Source of the DNA: an uncultured virus (IMG/VR IMGVR_UViG_3300010345_000473)
Lineage: Duplodnaviria; Heunggongvirae; Uroviricota; Caudoviricetes
Strand: one strand, 5' to 3'
IMG/VR virus record: IMGVR_UViG_3300010345_000473
Length of the DNA: 58,845 nt
This document shows, in pieces, positions 29,623 through 38,920 of the stretch. Numbering within the stretch: position 1 is the stretch's first letter; every line of letters begins with the position of its first letter. A program made the translations under genes and the position numbers. The notes under the pieces were generated by a model. It saw only the letters and a program-made list of their open reading frames with translations, did not search any database and was not told the origin of the DNA.

Positions 29623-30405
29623 TCATGCTTGTGTTGGAACTGGCTTTGTGGGATCTGCTCCCTTAGCTCGGGCAAGAACCGCTGCAAGCTGGCGTACTTG
29701 TTGTTGAATCTCTGGAGGCGCTTTCGCAAACATCGGATCTCTCATCATCTGATCAGCCATGCTTGCCGCCGAGTTCGCCTTGCTGGCAATCTGACGTGTC
29801 ATCATCTCGCCCTTCTGTTGGAGCATTTTTTGTTTTGCTTCGTCCACTTCGCCCATTTCTTCGACTTCAGTCAGAAGCATACAGAATCGATCAAACGCAG
29901 CAGCATAGCGATCGGCTTCGATGAGGATTTCGTTTGTATAGTCGGGAACGAATGACGCGTTTTGTGCCTGTTGTTTTTGTTGCTGCTCCTCTTTTGCCGC
30001 CTTGTTCTTCCACATTTTATATGCGAGAGCGAGTCCAGCGAGACCAGCCGCGGCAGCTCCAACACGACCCCAACTGGTGAGCCCAAGAGATTTTAAGATT
30101 GGGCTTTCAAATGATAGAAGATTCTTGCCCAACCACGACTTCTTACCTGTCCAATCGGAAACTGTCTGATTAAGTCTTTCTACCCATGGATATTTTGCAA
30201 TGTTAGACATTGTTCTTGATGCTTGACCAAACAACGAGAGATCGTCGGCGTCTTCTTCGTTCAATTGTCTTATATCTCTATATCGCAAAATGTCACCGCC
30301 TATCATATACGATTCATATTTTTCATATTGTGATGGGGTGTGGAACATAGTCCACACCCCATTGTGATTCGTCGTTCTCTCACTAAGCAGCGTTCCGTTC
30401 CTCAA
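29623..30405 (-). CDS. putative virion protein, family A
   Basis: GLTSWGRVGAAAAGLAGLALAYKMWK; NASFVPDY; start uncertain. Confidence 0.7.
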   Translation of the reverse strand: MRNGTLLSERTTNHNGVWTMFHTPSQYEKYESYMIGGDILRYRDIRQLNEEDADDLSLFGQASRTMSNIAKYPWVERLNQTVSDWTGKKSWLGKNLLSFESPILKSLGLTSWGRVGAAAAGLAGLALAYKMWKNKAAKEEQQQKQQAQNASFVPDYTNEILIEADRYAAAFDRFCMLLTEVEEMGEVDEAKQKMLQQKGEMMTRQIASKANSAASMADQMMRDPMFAKAPPEIQQQVRQLAAVLARAKGADPTKPVPTQA

Positions 30406-31138
30406 GCATACTCGCCACCGCCGCCATCTGCTCCATCAGCTCCGGCGGAGCCTTTGACGCATCTTGGTCTTGGGCGATGCTAGCCAGCACACGAGCCGCT
30501 TTGTCTGCATCTCTCTTGATCGATGCGATCATTTGATTGACACGAGCCGTGATCTGACCATCGGCAACACCATCGGCCACCGCTTCCGTAAGCAATGTCA
30601 TTGCCGTACACATTGCCACATCAAACCGTTCAGCTTCGTTGGCGATGTAGTCGGAGAACTCGGGCATAAACGACGCGTTGGCAGGAACCATTGGCGTATT
30701 TTCACCTTCACGCTTCTTGTTCCATTTCTTCCACGCATAGTACGCCGCAGCAAGGGCACCAGCAGCGGCGGCCGCCGTACCAAGACGCCCCCATCTTCCA
30801 AGACCGATTTTGGTCAGCACGTTGTCTTGCTCAAATTGCCTAGCGCTGAGCCATTTTGAGACATTGACGCCCCACTGGTTCACGGTGTTCATAATCGTTC
30901 CCCAAATAGAGGAATCATACCTGTCTTTTACGGCTCTAATACCGGCAGCGATACCCCGGCCGGTTACATCAGAAACCGTTCTGGAAACATGAGTTCGGAA
31001 AACATTTGGTGATGTGAAGGGCGGACGCATATCCTGTCGCGAATCGAACGATCCATATCGATGACGTTGTGGCGCATCCGCCTGGAAAGTTTGTGGCCGC
31101 ATATTGGTATATGCATTTTGCAGTTGATCCGTTGCCAT
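30383..31138 (-). CDS. putative virion protein, family A
   Basis: GLGRWGRLGTAAAAAGALAAAYYAWKK; NASFMPEF; GGAGGA RBS. Confidence 0.7.
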   Translation of the reverse strand: MATDQLQNAYTNMRPQTFQADAPQRHRYGSFDSRQDMRPPFTSPNVFRTHVSRTVSDVTGRGIAAGIRAVKDRYDSSIWGTIMNTVNQWGVNVSKWLSARQFEQDNVLTKIGLGRWGRLGTAAAAAGALAAAYYAWKKWNKKREGENTPMVPANASFMPEFSDYIANEAERFDVAMCTAMTLLTEAVADGVADGQITARVNQMIASIKRDADKAARVLASIAQDQDASKAPPELMEQMAAVASMLEERNAA

Positions 31139-31162
31139 GATTTTATATCCTCCTCTATTTTA

Positions 31163-32128
31163 CTATGCGGGTTGAGTAGCAAGCATTTGTGCAACAGCTT
31201 GCATCTGTTGTTTCAGATCGTCGGGTGCTTCGTCAAACCTTTTGTCTGCGAATGCTTTTTGCAGAAGCTTGATTGCGCGACTGCTGTCTTTCTGGATGCT
31301 CACAACCATCTTGTTTGCAGCTTGTTCCAATCCGCCTTTTTCCTTGATATCGGACTCATCATCGGCTTCATCAAGCATCTGCGTAATCATTTCACTGCGC
31401 TCCATCTCCATGAGCATCTCTGACGAGAACTCGGGGATATATGACGCATTGCTTGGCTGCAATCCACCTGCGCGCTTCTCTTCCTTTTCCTGCTGTTTCT
31501 TCCACGCATAGTATGCCGCTGTGAGGGCACCCGCAGCTACAGCAGCTGTACCCACACGAGCCCAGTTTCCGAGACCAACCTTGGTCAGCACGTTGTTCTG
31601 ATCGAATTGTTCCGCATTAAACCATTTCGAAACATTGCCACCCCAACGATTTACTGTGCCCATAACAGACTGCCAGAATGTTGGTGCGGCACCACGATAT
31701 TCTTGGCCTTGAAGCCGCCGTTCTTGTGCAGCATTGGCTGCGGCACCACGCGCATTCATTTCCTCGCGCCGCATTACTTCGTTGATATGCGCTTGTTTCG
31801 CACGATGTTCTTGGCCTTGAAGCCACCGTTCTTGTGCAGCATTGGCTGCGGCACCGCGGCCAGCCATGGCATCTTTCGCAGCCTTCTCCTTCGCGATTTG
31901 TTCCTTAACAAGATTTTGTATTGGTGTCGCAGGACTGGGCGATACGTCTCCAGCCATAAACTTGGCACTACCATTGGCCGCATCCATGTCTGTTTGTGCG
32001 GCGCGGACCTCTGGAGTCAAGTTACGAAGTGGACCGTACTCGCGAACACTAGGACTTCTCACCATGTTATTCAGAATGGGCTTCACATTGTTCAATGGGA
32101 GTGGATGATGACGATCTGTTGCGGGCAT
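31163..32128 (-). CDS. putative virion protein, family A (may originally start at 32299)
   Basis: GLGNWARVGTAAVAAGALTAAYYAWKK; NASYIPEF; duplicated RGAAANAAQER.LQGQE. Confidence 0.7.
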   Translation of the reverse strand: MPATDRHHPLPLNNVKPILNNMVRSPSVREYGPLRNLTPEVRAAQTDMDAANGSAKFMAGDVSPSPATPIQNLVKEQIAKEKAAKDAMAGRGAAANAAQERWLQGQEHRAKQAHINEVMRREEMNARGAAANAAQERRLQGQEYRGAAPTFWQSVMGTVNRWGGNVSKWFNAEQFDQNNVLTKVGLGNWARVGTAAVAAGALTAAYYAWKKQQEKEEKRAGGLQPSNASYIPEFSSEMLMEMERSEMITQMLDEADDESDIKEKGGLEQAANKMVVSIQKDSSRAIKLLQKAFADKRFDEAPDDLKQQMQAVAQMLATQPA

Positions 32129-32313
32129 ATTCTGCCAATCTGGTCGAAACTGACCAGATGGCGTATCCGGCTGCAGAAAGCCGGCATATTGAGGATGGAT
32201 ATCATGTTTGTCACTTCGAAGACGTTCGGTGGCTGGTTATGCTTGTTCCTTCGGTCCTTTTCGCCGACGTTCTGGCGCGTCATCATATGGCAGTACCATC
32301 GGGCTCGTCCCTC

Positions 32314-33162
32314 CTACATCCCGGGCATTTCCTGAATGAGGCGAATCTTGTACACATTATCGAGATTCGTTTCGAGCATTTTCTTGCCCTTAAAGTTTGG
32401 GTCAGCAAGCATCTTTTCTGCAAGTTTAATGCTGGTTGTGAGGTACTCATCCAACGCCGCCTTGGTCAATTTCTTGGGCATACCATCCTTATCAGCCACA
32501 CGCAACAGAGACTCTTCTTCCTCGGCGCTCTCGCTGAGTCGATCAAGGAACATGCATGTGGCATCCATGGCTTCGGCAACGGCTTCGGCGGGAACCCCAC
32601 CAACTTCGTCTCTCTTTTCTTTGGCCTTTTGATAGAGTTTGTATGCCGCATAGATGCCCGCAGCACCAACCACAGCGATAACGCCGTATTTCACGGCGGC
32701 AGCATTTCCACCAAATTGTTCGTCGAAGTATTTTGACATTTTAACTGGAAGATCGCCAATACTTTTGATGAGCTTCCCGGTTTGCTCAGCGATCCACTGA
32801 CCCGCACCAGTAAACGCACCAGCGATCTGTTGCCACCAACCAGGATTCGCCGCCGCATCAACCGCGGCTTTCAATCCGGATGAGGCATCAGCGGGCACCT
32901 CATGTGGTTTGCGCATCAATGTACTTCCATACTTTGCATCAGCGGGCACCTCATGTGGTTTGCGCATCAATGTACTTCCATACTTTGCATCAGCGGGCAC
33001 CTCATGTGGTTTGCGCATCAATGTACTTCCATAATTTGCATCAGAAGGCATCTTGCGACTTTCTTTTATCTTATCCTTTCGAATAAAATCCGCAAGTTGA
33101 TCTACATAGGAACTTGGATTTTTTTTATCCGGCTGTTCTGCCTCATTCAGGTACCGCATCAT
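32314..33162 (-). CDS. putative virion protein, divergent family A
   Basis: YLNEA leader; GVIAVVGAAGIYAAYKLY; internal 17-aa repeats. Confidence 0.65.
   Translation of the reverse strand: MMRYLNEAEQPDKKNPSSYVDQLADFIRKDKIKESRKMPSDANYGSTLMRKPHEVPADAKYGSTLMRKPHEVPADAKYGSTLMRKPHEVPADASSGLKAAVDAAANPGWWQQIAGAFTGAGQWIAEQTGKLIKSIGDLPVKMSKYFDEQFGGNAAAVKYGVIAVVGAAGIYAAYKLYQKAKEKRDEVGGVPAEAVAEAMDATCMFLDRLSESAEEEESLLRVADKDGMPKKLTKAALDEYLTTSIKLAEKMLADPNFKGKKMLETNLDNVYKIRLIQEMPGM
32885..33044. repeat. 51-bp tandem repeat, about 3 copies (YGSTLMRKPHEVPADAK)
   Basis: GCATCAGCGGGCACCTCATGTGGTTTGCGCATCAATGTACTTCCATA units. Confidence 0.9.
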
Positions 33163-33181
33163 ATGTTATTCACTCCTCTTG

Positions 33182-33553
33182 TTATTGATCGGATGTTGGT
33201 TCGTTTTGTGAACTCTGATTCGCCACATTATGTCGCTGCATTTCAAGAACACGATCATACTGTGCTTGAGTCAACACAACCTGATTCCCAAACGTGATAC
33301 GTGATTGAATCTCTGGAGCGGACGACACCTGCATGGGAGTATATCCTCCACCAAATCCAGATTGTGAGAACTCCTGGAACTGATATCCATTCGAATTCAG
33401 CCAACGGCATTGTTCTTCCGTGAGTTCAAGCACCGCCGGGAGTTTGATGTTCGAATATCCGAACATGTTAAACACGCCATGGTTTTGGATGTAGATTCGT
33501 TTCTTTCCTGTCGTTGATCCCATAAGAGTATTCACCTTCTTCCGACACATCAA
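33182..33553 (-). CDS. hypothetical protein
   Basis: ORF within the minus-strand operon. Confidence 0.5.
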   Translation of the reverse strand: MMCRKKVNTLMGSTTGKKRIYIQNHGVFNMFGYSNIKLPAVLELTEEQCRWLNSNGYQFQEFSQSGFGGGYTPMQVSSAPEIQSRITFGNQVVLTQAQYDRVLEMQRHNVANQSSQNEPTSDQ

Positions 33554-33556
33554 AAA

Positions 33557-35119
33557 CTACTGCGGCATCCGCCAAGGAGGCGTGATGTCAAGATCCACAA
33601 GGTAGGTCTCCAAGTTCTCACGAAGCATGTTCCGCTGATCCACTGGGATCTTGTAGATGTCCAGGTTGTTGTCGTTCGCAAGAATATTCATGGCTGTACG
33701 AAGAAGCGATGGCACCGCCACAAGTTCGTTGTTTTCGTTCACCATGGCGATGGGAATCGCAAAATCCTGAATACCCATGGGGTTCGGTGACTTCTGATAG
33801 AGGTACGCCCGGGAGGCTCCCACAACATCAAATCCATCATCGGTGATCAGGTGTTCGTGAAGTGAGCTGATGGCAGAGTTCGTAGAAATCTTGCTCTCAT
33901 CGATATGGCGATCGATCGGGAGTGGGAAGAAGGTCACACCGGTCCCCGAGAACCCGGCACCCGAATCAAAAAAACTTGACTTTGTGATGCTGGGTGTCTT
34001 AAAAGTGCTGTTGATATACTCGGGAGCGTTCTCATATGCCTTGGGCGTCATATCGCTGTTGCTACCCACCATGGGTTCGGTGAGTTCCGCTTCCATGAGG
34101 GCATTCATCACACCCACCGCAACTTCTGGCGCCATCATCCGTGATTCCACAAGCTCTTCAAGTTCATAAGCTCGAGATGTCAGGCTTGCATAACTCACAC
34201 CGCGGCTCACTGATTCGGCGAGTGCATCAAGGCTTCGAATCAGCAGAGCCTGCTCAAGCAGTGCGGCTTCTTGCAACGCATGAGCCCGGGCATCCATCAC
34301 AATCTTTACACCGGTGGCGGTTTCTTCCGCCACCGTTTGCATCTCGATGATGGAACACATGTTGCTCAGCGCATTATCAGCTTCATCAAGCGCATTCATA
34401 AGTTCGTTATATGTGTTTTCTTGATGAGCATCGTAGGATCCTGAACTCTCGTTCAAGTTTCCATACTGGGCGCCATGCAGTTGTTCCTCAAGTTCCTGAA
34501 CCTTGGTCACCAACGATTCAAGAATGGCCATGGTGGCGGGATCCATATTGCTGAGATCTGTTGATTTATTCATTGGAGGATCAATTTTGTATCCGCGTTT
34601 CCGCAGTTCGTTGACCGCGGCTGTCTCTCGATTAGTCACAGGAACATCACCTCGTGTTTTTTGATCACCCAGACACGAGATCATCGTCTGGCCCGCCGAC
34701 TCACTGATATCAACGCTGAGATTCACTTTCTTGCCCGCCTTGATGGCATCTTCGATGACCTTGAAGGCATCTTTCACATCAACACCCGTAGCATCGGCGG
34801 GAGCTGCTGCATCTTTTTCCATATCAGCTTTTGCAAACAGATCATCAAAATCAGTATTGCGTGGTTGTTTCTTTGGCGCATTCTTTTTTGGTTTTGGTTC
34901 TGATTTCTCATCCCCGAAATCAAGTGCGTCATCATCAATGTCTGGTGCCTTTACTGACTTTTTGTCCGCACCTTCTTCATCGTCAAGAGACAAATCGAGA
35001 TCGTCGTCCTCGGTTTTCTCTTTCTTCTTGGTGCCCCCATCATCGTCCGCCTCTTGCAACGCGTACTCAAGACCCTGCAGTGTTCGGAGCATATCTTCTA
35101 AGTTTTGAGTTCGAGACAT
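33557..35119 (-). CDS. acidic coiled-coil protein, putative prohead core/scaffold-like
   Basis: Highly D/E-rich with many (L/I)xE(A/S) sites (LQEA, ISES, LNES, LDEA, LAES, LVES, LMEA). Confidence 0.5.
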   Translation of the reverse strand: MSRTQNLEDMLRTLQGLEYALQEADDDGGTKKKEKTEDDDLDLSLDDEEGADKKSVKAPDIDDDALDFGDEKSEPKPKKNAPKKQPRNTDFDDLFAKADMEKDAAAPADATGVDVKDAFKVIEDAIKAGKKVNLSVDISESAGQTMISCLGDQKTRGDVPVTNRETAAVNELRKRGYKIDPPMNKSTDLSNMDPATMAILESLVTKVQELEEQLHGAQYGNLNESSGSYDAHQENTYNELMNALDEADNALSNMCSIIEMQTVAEETATGVKIVMDARAHALQEAALLEQALLIRSLDALAESVSRGVSYASLTSRAYELEELVESRMMAPEVAVGVMNALMEAELTEPMVGSNSDMTPKAYENAPEYINSTFKTPSITKSSFFDSGAGFSGTGVTFFPLPIDRHIDESKISTNSAISSLHEHLITDDGFDVVGASRAYLYQKSPNPMGIQDFAIPIAMVNENNELVAVPSLLRTAMNILANDNNLDIYKIPVDQRNMLRENLETYLVDLDITPPWRMPQ

Positions 35120-35156
35120 GGAATTGCGTCACCTCACAATGTGATGGAACTTCGTG

Positions 35157-35924
35157 TTAAAACGTCATACCCGACTCGTTGACAATGGTACCAATAGTCA
35201 CCATGATGACCACGAGCGGATTCAACAACATACTCATAGCGCCAGGAAGCGCCGCATCCAACGTTTTCTTCTTCCGCTTGTAATCAATGCCAAACGAATA
35301 TGCGATGGCGATTTTGAGAAACAATGCGCCAACCAACGCCAATGTGGCGGTGGACACATCAATCACCTCATCCAACGGGAGGAGGTTTGTTTGGCCCATA
35401 AAATGCGGCTCTGTATTCAATAGTTGTTCTAAATCGCCCTCTGTGATTGGAACAAGTCGAAACGGTACAAATAAACTCGATGCTGTGCTCAATGTTTTTA
35501 GATATGCTGTGTATGTCCCCATCACAAGCGCGGCAATGAGACCCGATACCACTGTTGTAGGGATAATCACAGCTCCCGAGATCTTGTCCACGAGATAGGA
35601 CACAACGTTCGATGCCATACCCACCAAGCCATCTAACCCGCGGCTGATGATGATGTGTTGTTTTGTGAGTACATCTTGTTGTTCGATGTTTGCGGATCGA
35701 AGCAGCGAAACATCCGCATCTAGAATGTCTCGAATGTGACGCACAGTATCGGATGGGCGTTTAAGATTGTACACCGCGAGTGCGGTGGAATACACCGAGG
35801 GTGCCGCGGTTTTGATCTTCGCAAAATCTGATCGACTAAAAGTACTCCGACCTGATTTCAATGTGGTGATGAGCTTCATATTGAGCGCATACAGATCATC
35901 ATATGTCACAGAAGTTGATGCCAT
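35157..35924 (-). CDS. multi-pass membrane protein
   Basis: About three long hydrophobic segments. Confidence 0.55.
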   Translation of the reverse strand: MASTSVTYDDLYALNMKLITTLKSGRSTFSRSDFAKIKTAAPSVYSTALAVYNLKRPSDTVRHIRDILDADVSLLRSANIEQQDVLTKQHIIISRGLDGLVGMASNVVSYLVDKISGAVIIPTTVVSGLIAALVMGTYTAYLKTLSTASSLFVPFRLVPITEGDLEQLLNTEPHFMGQTNLLPLDEVIDVSTATLALVGALFLKIAIAYSFGIDYKRKKKTLDAALPGAMSMLLNPLVVIMVTIGTIVNESGMTF

Positions 35925-35950
35925 CGTAATTGTCGCCTCACTTCACTAAA

Positions 35951-36934
35951 TCATGCCGCAGATTGTTGGGATCTACGTTGGTTCTTGATCTTGAGTCCTT
36001 CGTTGGCGGCACGAACAAGTTTCGGTGTTGCTTTAGCGAGTGTGGTGAGTTGTCTTTCGCTTGCTTGGTTGTGAATCTTTCCTTGCTTCATTGCCACAAT
36101 GATGCGATCTGTGGTGCCAGTGTTTGCAGCAAAGCTTTTGTTGATTACGCCCACCATTTTGTCTACAGCTTTGTCAGTGTTGCCACCCTTGACCCATTGA
36201 ACGATGTCTCCAAAGAAACCTTCCTGCAAAGGAACATACATTTCATCAAGCGCATACAATTCAAATGACCGACGATTGATGTAGGACATATCACACAGCG
36301 TTGATTCTGTAACATTCTGAAATGCGGCAGTTTGTTGCTTTGATGACTGTCGTTTCTCCCACCACTCACGGAACCATTCATAGAGTTTCATACACGCATA
36401 TGCCACCACTGTACCAATGGCAAGCCATGCCATGGATGTTGTTACCACACCACCCCGACTGCTGTCAATCATTTCACCCGTGATATTCTGCCCAACCTGA
36501 GCTGAGGCATCGGCAGCATACGCCGCATTTGCGGCGTCAATCCCTCCAAAACCACCCGTTAGAATGTCCCAGACTTTGCCCGCTGCTTTTCCAATATAAT
36601 CAGCAGCAGCACCAGTGACCAGCATCATGGTGGCGCCTTGCATAACACTCGCTGTGGTGCCTGTGACAAAGCTTGCGACTTGTTCTATGCCACCCTCTGG
36701 GTTTTCCTGACTTCCAAATCGCGCCACCGCCGAGGGATTTGTTTGTGCTTGTTCGTTGATGCGCCGAAGCATTTCCGCCTTCCGCAGTAATTCTCGTCGG
36801 TACTGGACATAGTCTGCGGGACTCATCTTCAGCGATTTTGCTTCATCGGCCTCGTCTGGACTCAGCTGTGGGTCCGAAGATGTGTTGGTGATAACTTCGT
36901 CTTCTTCGCATAGAAGTCGAAACGTTCTTTGCAT
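35951..36934 (-). CDS. putative virion protein, related to family A architecture
   Basis: LLCEED leader; TM AWLAIGTVVAYACMKLYEW; VTES and LQEG sites. Confidence 0.6.
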   Translation of the reverse strand: MQRTFRLLCEEDEVITNTSSDPQLSPDEADEAKSLKMSPADYVQYRRELLRKAEMLRRINEQAQTNPSAVARFGSQENPEGGIEQVASFVTGTTASVMQGATMMLVTGAAADYIGKAAGKVWDILTGGFGGIDAANAAYAADASAQVGQNITGEMIDSSRGGVVTTSMAWLAIGTVVAYACMKLYEWFREWWEKRQSSKQQTAAFQNVTESTLCDMSYINRRSFELYALDEMYVPLQEGFFGDIVQWVKGGNTDKAVDKMVGVINKSFAANTGTTDRIIVAMKQGKIHNQASERQLTTLAKATPKLVRAANEGLKIKNQRRSQQSAA

Positions 36935-36952
36935 TAGCGGATCACCTCTAAT

Positions 36953-37251
36953 CTATGTCGTGTGATACTTTTTCATAATAGCATAATGATGCTCTCTGTT
37001 TGGCATCGCGAAAATCTCTAACGATTTGGTGTCTGGTCATTAGATTCCACAGTTGTTCCAAATAGAATCTGTTCGATACCTGTTGTTGCTCTCCAGCGAT
37101 GGACGGGATCGCTCAACAGTATATCTACTTTGTCGGGATAATATTTCTTGAGTTCTTCGATGTTGTATGGTCGTTGATATTTGCCATGAGTACTGGTTTC
37201 GATATCAACAACTTCGTCGTCTTCACAAAGAAGTTGGAACAACATGCGCAT
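36953..37251 (-). pseudogene. probable degraded gene sharing its 5' end with 35951-36934
   Basis: Same RBS region and leader (MRMLFQLLCEDDEVV vs MQRTFRLLCEEDEVI). Short ORF; protein-like text continues in other frames. Confidence 0.4.
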
Positions 37252-37460
37252 TAACGGATCACCTCTAATCTATGTGTTCAATGAGATGCACATGTTTCCG
37301 TTTTTCACCTTTTGTTCTAATGTGATTCATCCCAAATGTACATCCTTTATTCCCACAAGTTCTGATATGAGCCATTCAGAACTGGCCCATTCGACGGAGC
37401 AACGTCGCCGATTTTGCGATATATATTATATTATGATTAAATCCATGGGTTGTTTGGCAT

Positions 37461-38276
37461 GTGTATCCTGCCAAACTTCATGGAAATCTAACCGAAAGCG
37501 AGGTTATTGTTTTGCAAACACAAGGCGAATGCCGTATCATTCAGATCGGGTGTGGTGGCACGGGTGGCTATCTCGTCCCACTCATATCGAAGTTTCTGCG
37601 GGCAATAGGTACTGAAGAGAAGCATGCTCGGGAGATTTATTTTTTGATCGACGGTGACAAAGTCGAGCAAAAAAATATTCTCCGGCAGAACTTCTCATAC
37701 AACGATGTCAACAAAAACAAAGCTGATGTTCTGGCACATCGATACGGAGCCACAGCAATGGCCCAGTACTTTGACGAATCCATGGAGTTCACCCTTCAAT
37801 CATTGTTCTTCATGGGTGGGCTGAATGTTATCCTCGGGTGTGTTGATCGGGTGGAAACACGTCGGTTCATCTGGGCCACCATCAACAAGTTCAAGACGTT
37901 CCCCATCTGGTACATCGATGCGGGAAACGAACGGACCCATGGTCAAGTTTTAGTCTCGCGAAATTATTTATCGTGCGAGACGAATCCATACGAACAGTAC
38001 GGGAATGTGGAGGTTCTGGAGCCGCGGCGTCTTGACATTGGTGAGTTCTTTAGTGGGGTTGATGGGGAGGTGACCGATCAGGAGAAGATGAGTGTGTCAT
38101 GCGCCGAGATGGGTGGCCAGAGTATTCTAATGAATAACATGGCCGCAGTCAACATGTTTGGCGTCCTCACCGAGCTTCTCACCGTGGGCGTGGCATCCGT
38201 ATCGGAGATTCAGTTTGGCCGATATCGGATGACAAACGACGTGGGCCCACTCGCATTACTTCTTCAGAGTATGTGA
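37461..38276 (+). CDS. ThiF/E1-like ubiquitin-like activating enzyme
   Basis: IGCGGTGG, DGDKVE.KNILRQNF, NKADVLA.RY, GCVD...R, IDAGN, SC candidate catalytic Cys. Confidence 0.88.
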   Translation: MYPAKLHGNLTESEVIVLQTQGECRIIQIGCGGTGGYLVPLISKFLRAIGTEEKHAREIYFLIDGDKVEQKNILRQNFSYNDVNKNKADVLAHRYGATAMAQYFDESMEFTLQSLFFMGGLNVILGCVDRVETRRFIWATINKFKTFPIWYIDAGNERTHGQVLVSRNYLSCETNPYEQYGNVEVLEPRRLDIGEFFSGVDGEVTDQEKMSVSCAEMGGQSILMNNMAAVNMFGVLTELLTVGVASVSEIQFGRYRMTNDVGPLALLLQSM

Positions 38277-38410
38277 GTTTTGGAACTCCGAATCGCCGGA
38301 GCCCAGCGAACATATTAGTGATTCGGAGAACACTGATTTTTGGGATTGTGCGCGGGAGAGTTTTGGCAATGGGCGAGCCATATTCACTAATTCTAAAGGA
38401 GGAGTATAAG

Positions 38411-38845
38411 ATGTCTAATTTTAAGAGCAACAAACTGTCCGCCGATATCGTTGTCTCCAGCAATGCGATTGTGTGCTGCGTACATTGCGGGTCTACGGCT
38501 TGGACCAAGAAGGGTTACAACAAGGCGGGTACTGAACGAGTGCTGCTATGCAAGGATTGTGGCCGCCGGTTCGCTGGGCCGCTCGATCTTTCGGGAGATC
38601 CCACCAAGACGGCCCCCACGCCGAACACCGCCGCTAGTCCGTCTAAAACGGTCCAGGGTGGACAGGATGCTGCTGCGACGGAAAGTTCTTCCAGGATTCT
38701 GATCGAGGTGAATGGGCGGACTATGGAGTGTCCCTGCTCCATCGAGCAGTATAAGGAAATCGCCCGGCAGATGGGCAACACTGTGACGGAAGTGACTCCG
38801 ACGTTGTATCGGGTGTCGTTCCCGACTCAGGCCACCAAGGGCTAG
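38411..38845 (+). CDS. Zn-ribbon plus prokaryotic ubiquitin-like protein (C-terminus ...ATKG)
   Basis: AAGGAGGAG RBS before ATG 38411; CVHC...CKDC ribbon, P/T/A/S linker, beta-rich end YRVSFPTQATKG-stop. Confidence 0.7.
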   Translation: MSNFKSNKLSADIVVSSNAIVCCVHCGSTAWTKKGYNKAGTERVLLCKDCGRRFAGPLDLSGDPTKTAPTPNTAASPSKTVQGGQDAAATESSSRILIEVNGRTMECPCSIEQYKEIARQMGNTVTEVTPTLYRVSFPTQATKG

Positions 38846-38859
38846 AAGCTTCCCAGGTC

Positions 38860-38901
38860 TGGGACGGAGTTAGCCTAACTCCGTCCCATTTGTTTTTTTT
38901 T
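38860..38901 (+). terminator. rho-independent terminator after the Ubl gene
   Basis: TGGGACGGAGTTA-GCC-TAACTCCGTCCCA followed by a T-run. Confidence 0.85.
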
Positions 38902-38920
38902 GTGAAAGGTGGGATTTTAC

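Noticed and set aside
38411..38845. IS1-like element suggested by the InsA-type Zn ribbon
   Set aside because: No DDE transposase or terminal inverted repeats; the ribbon is fused to a Ubl-like C-terminus.
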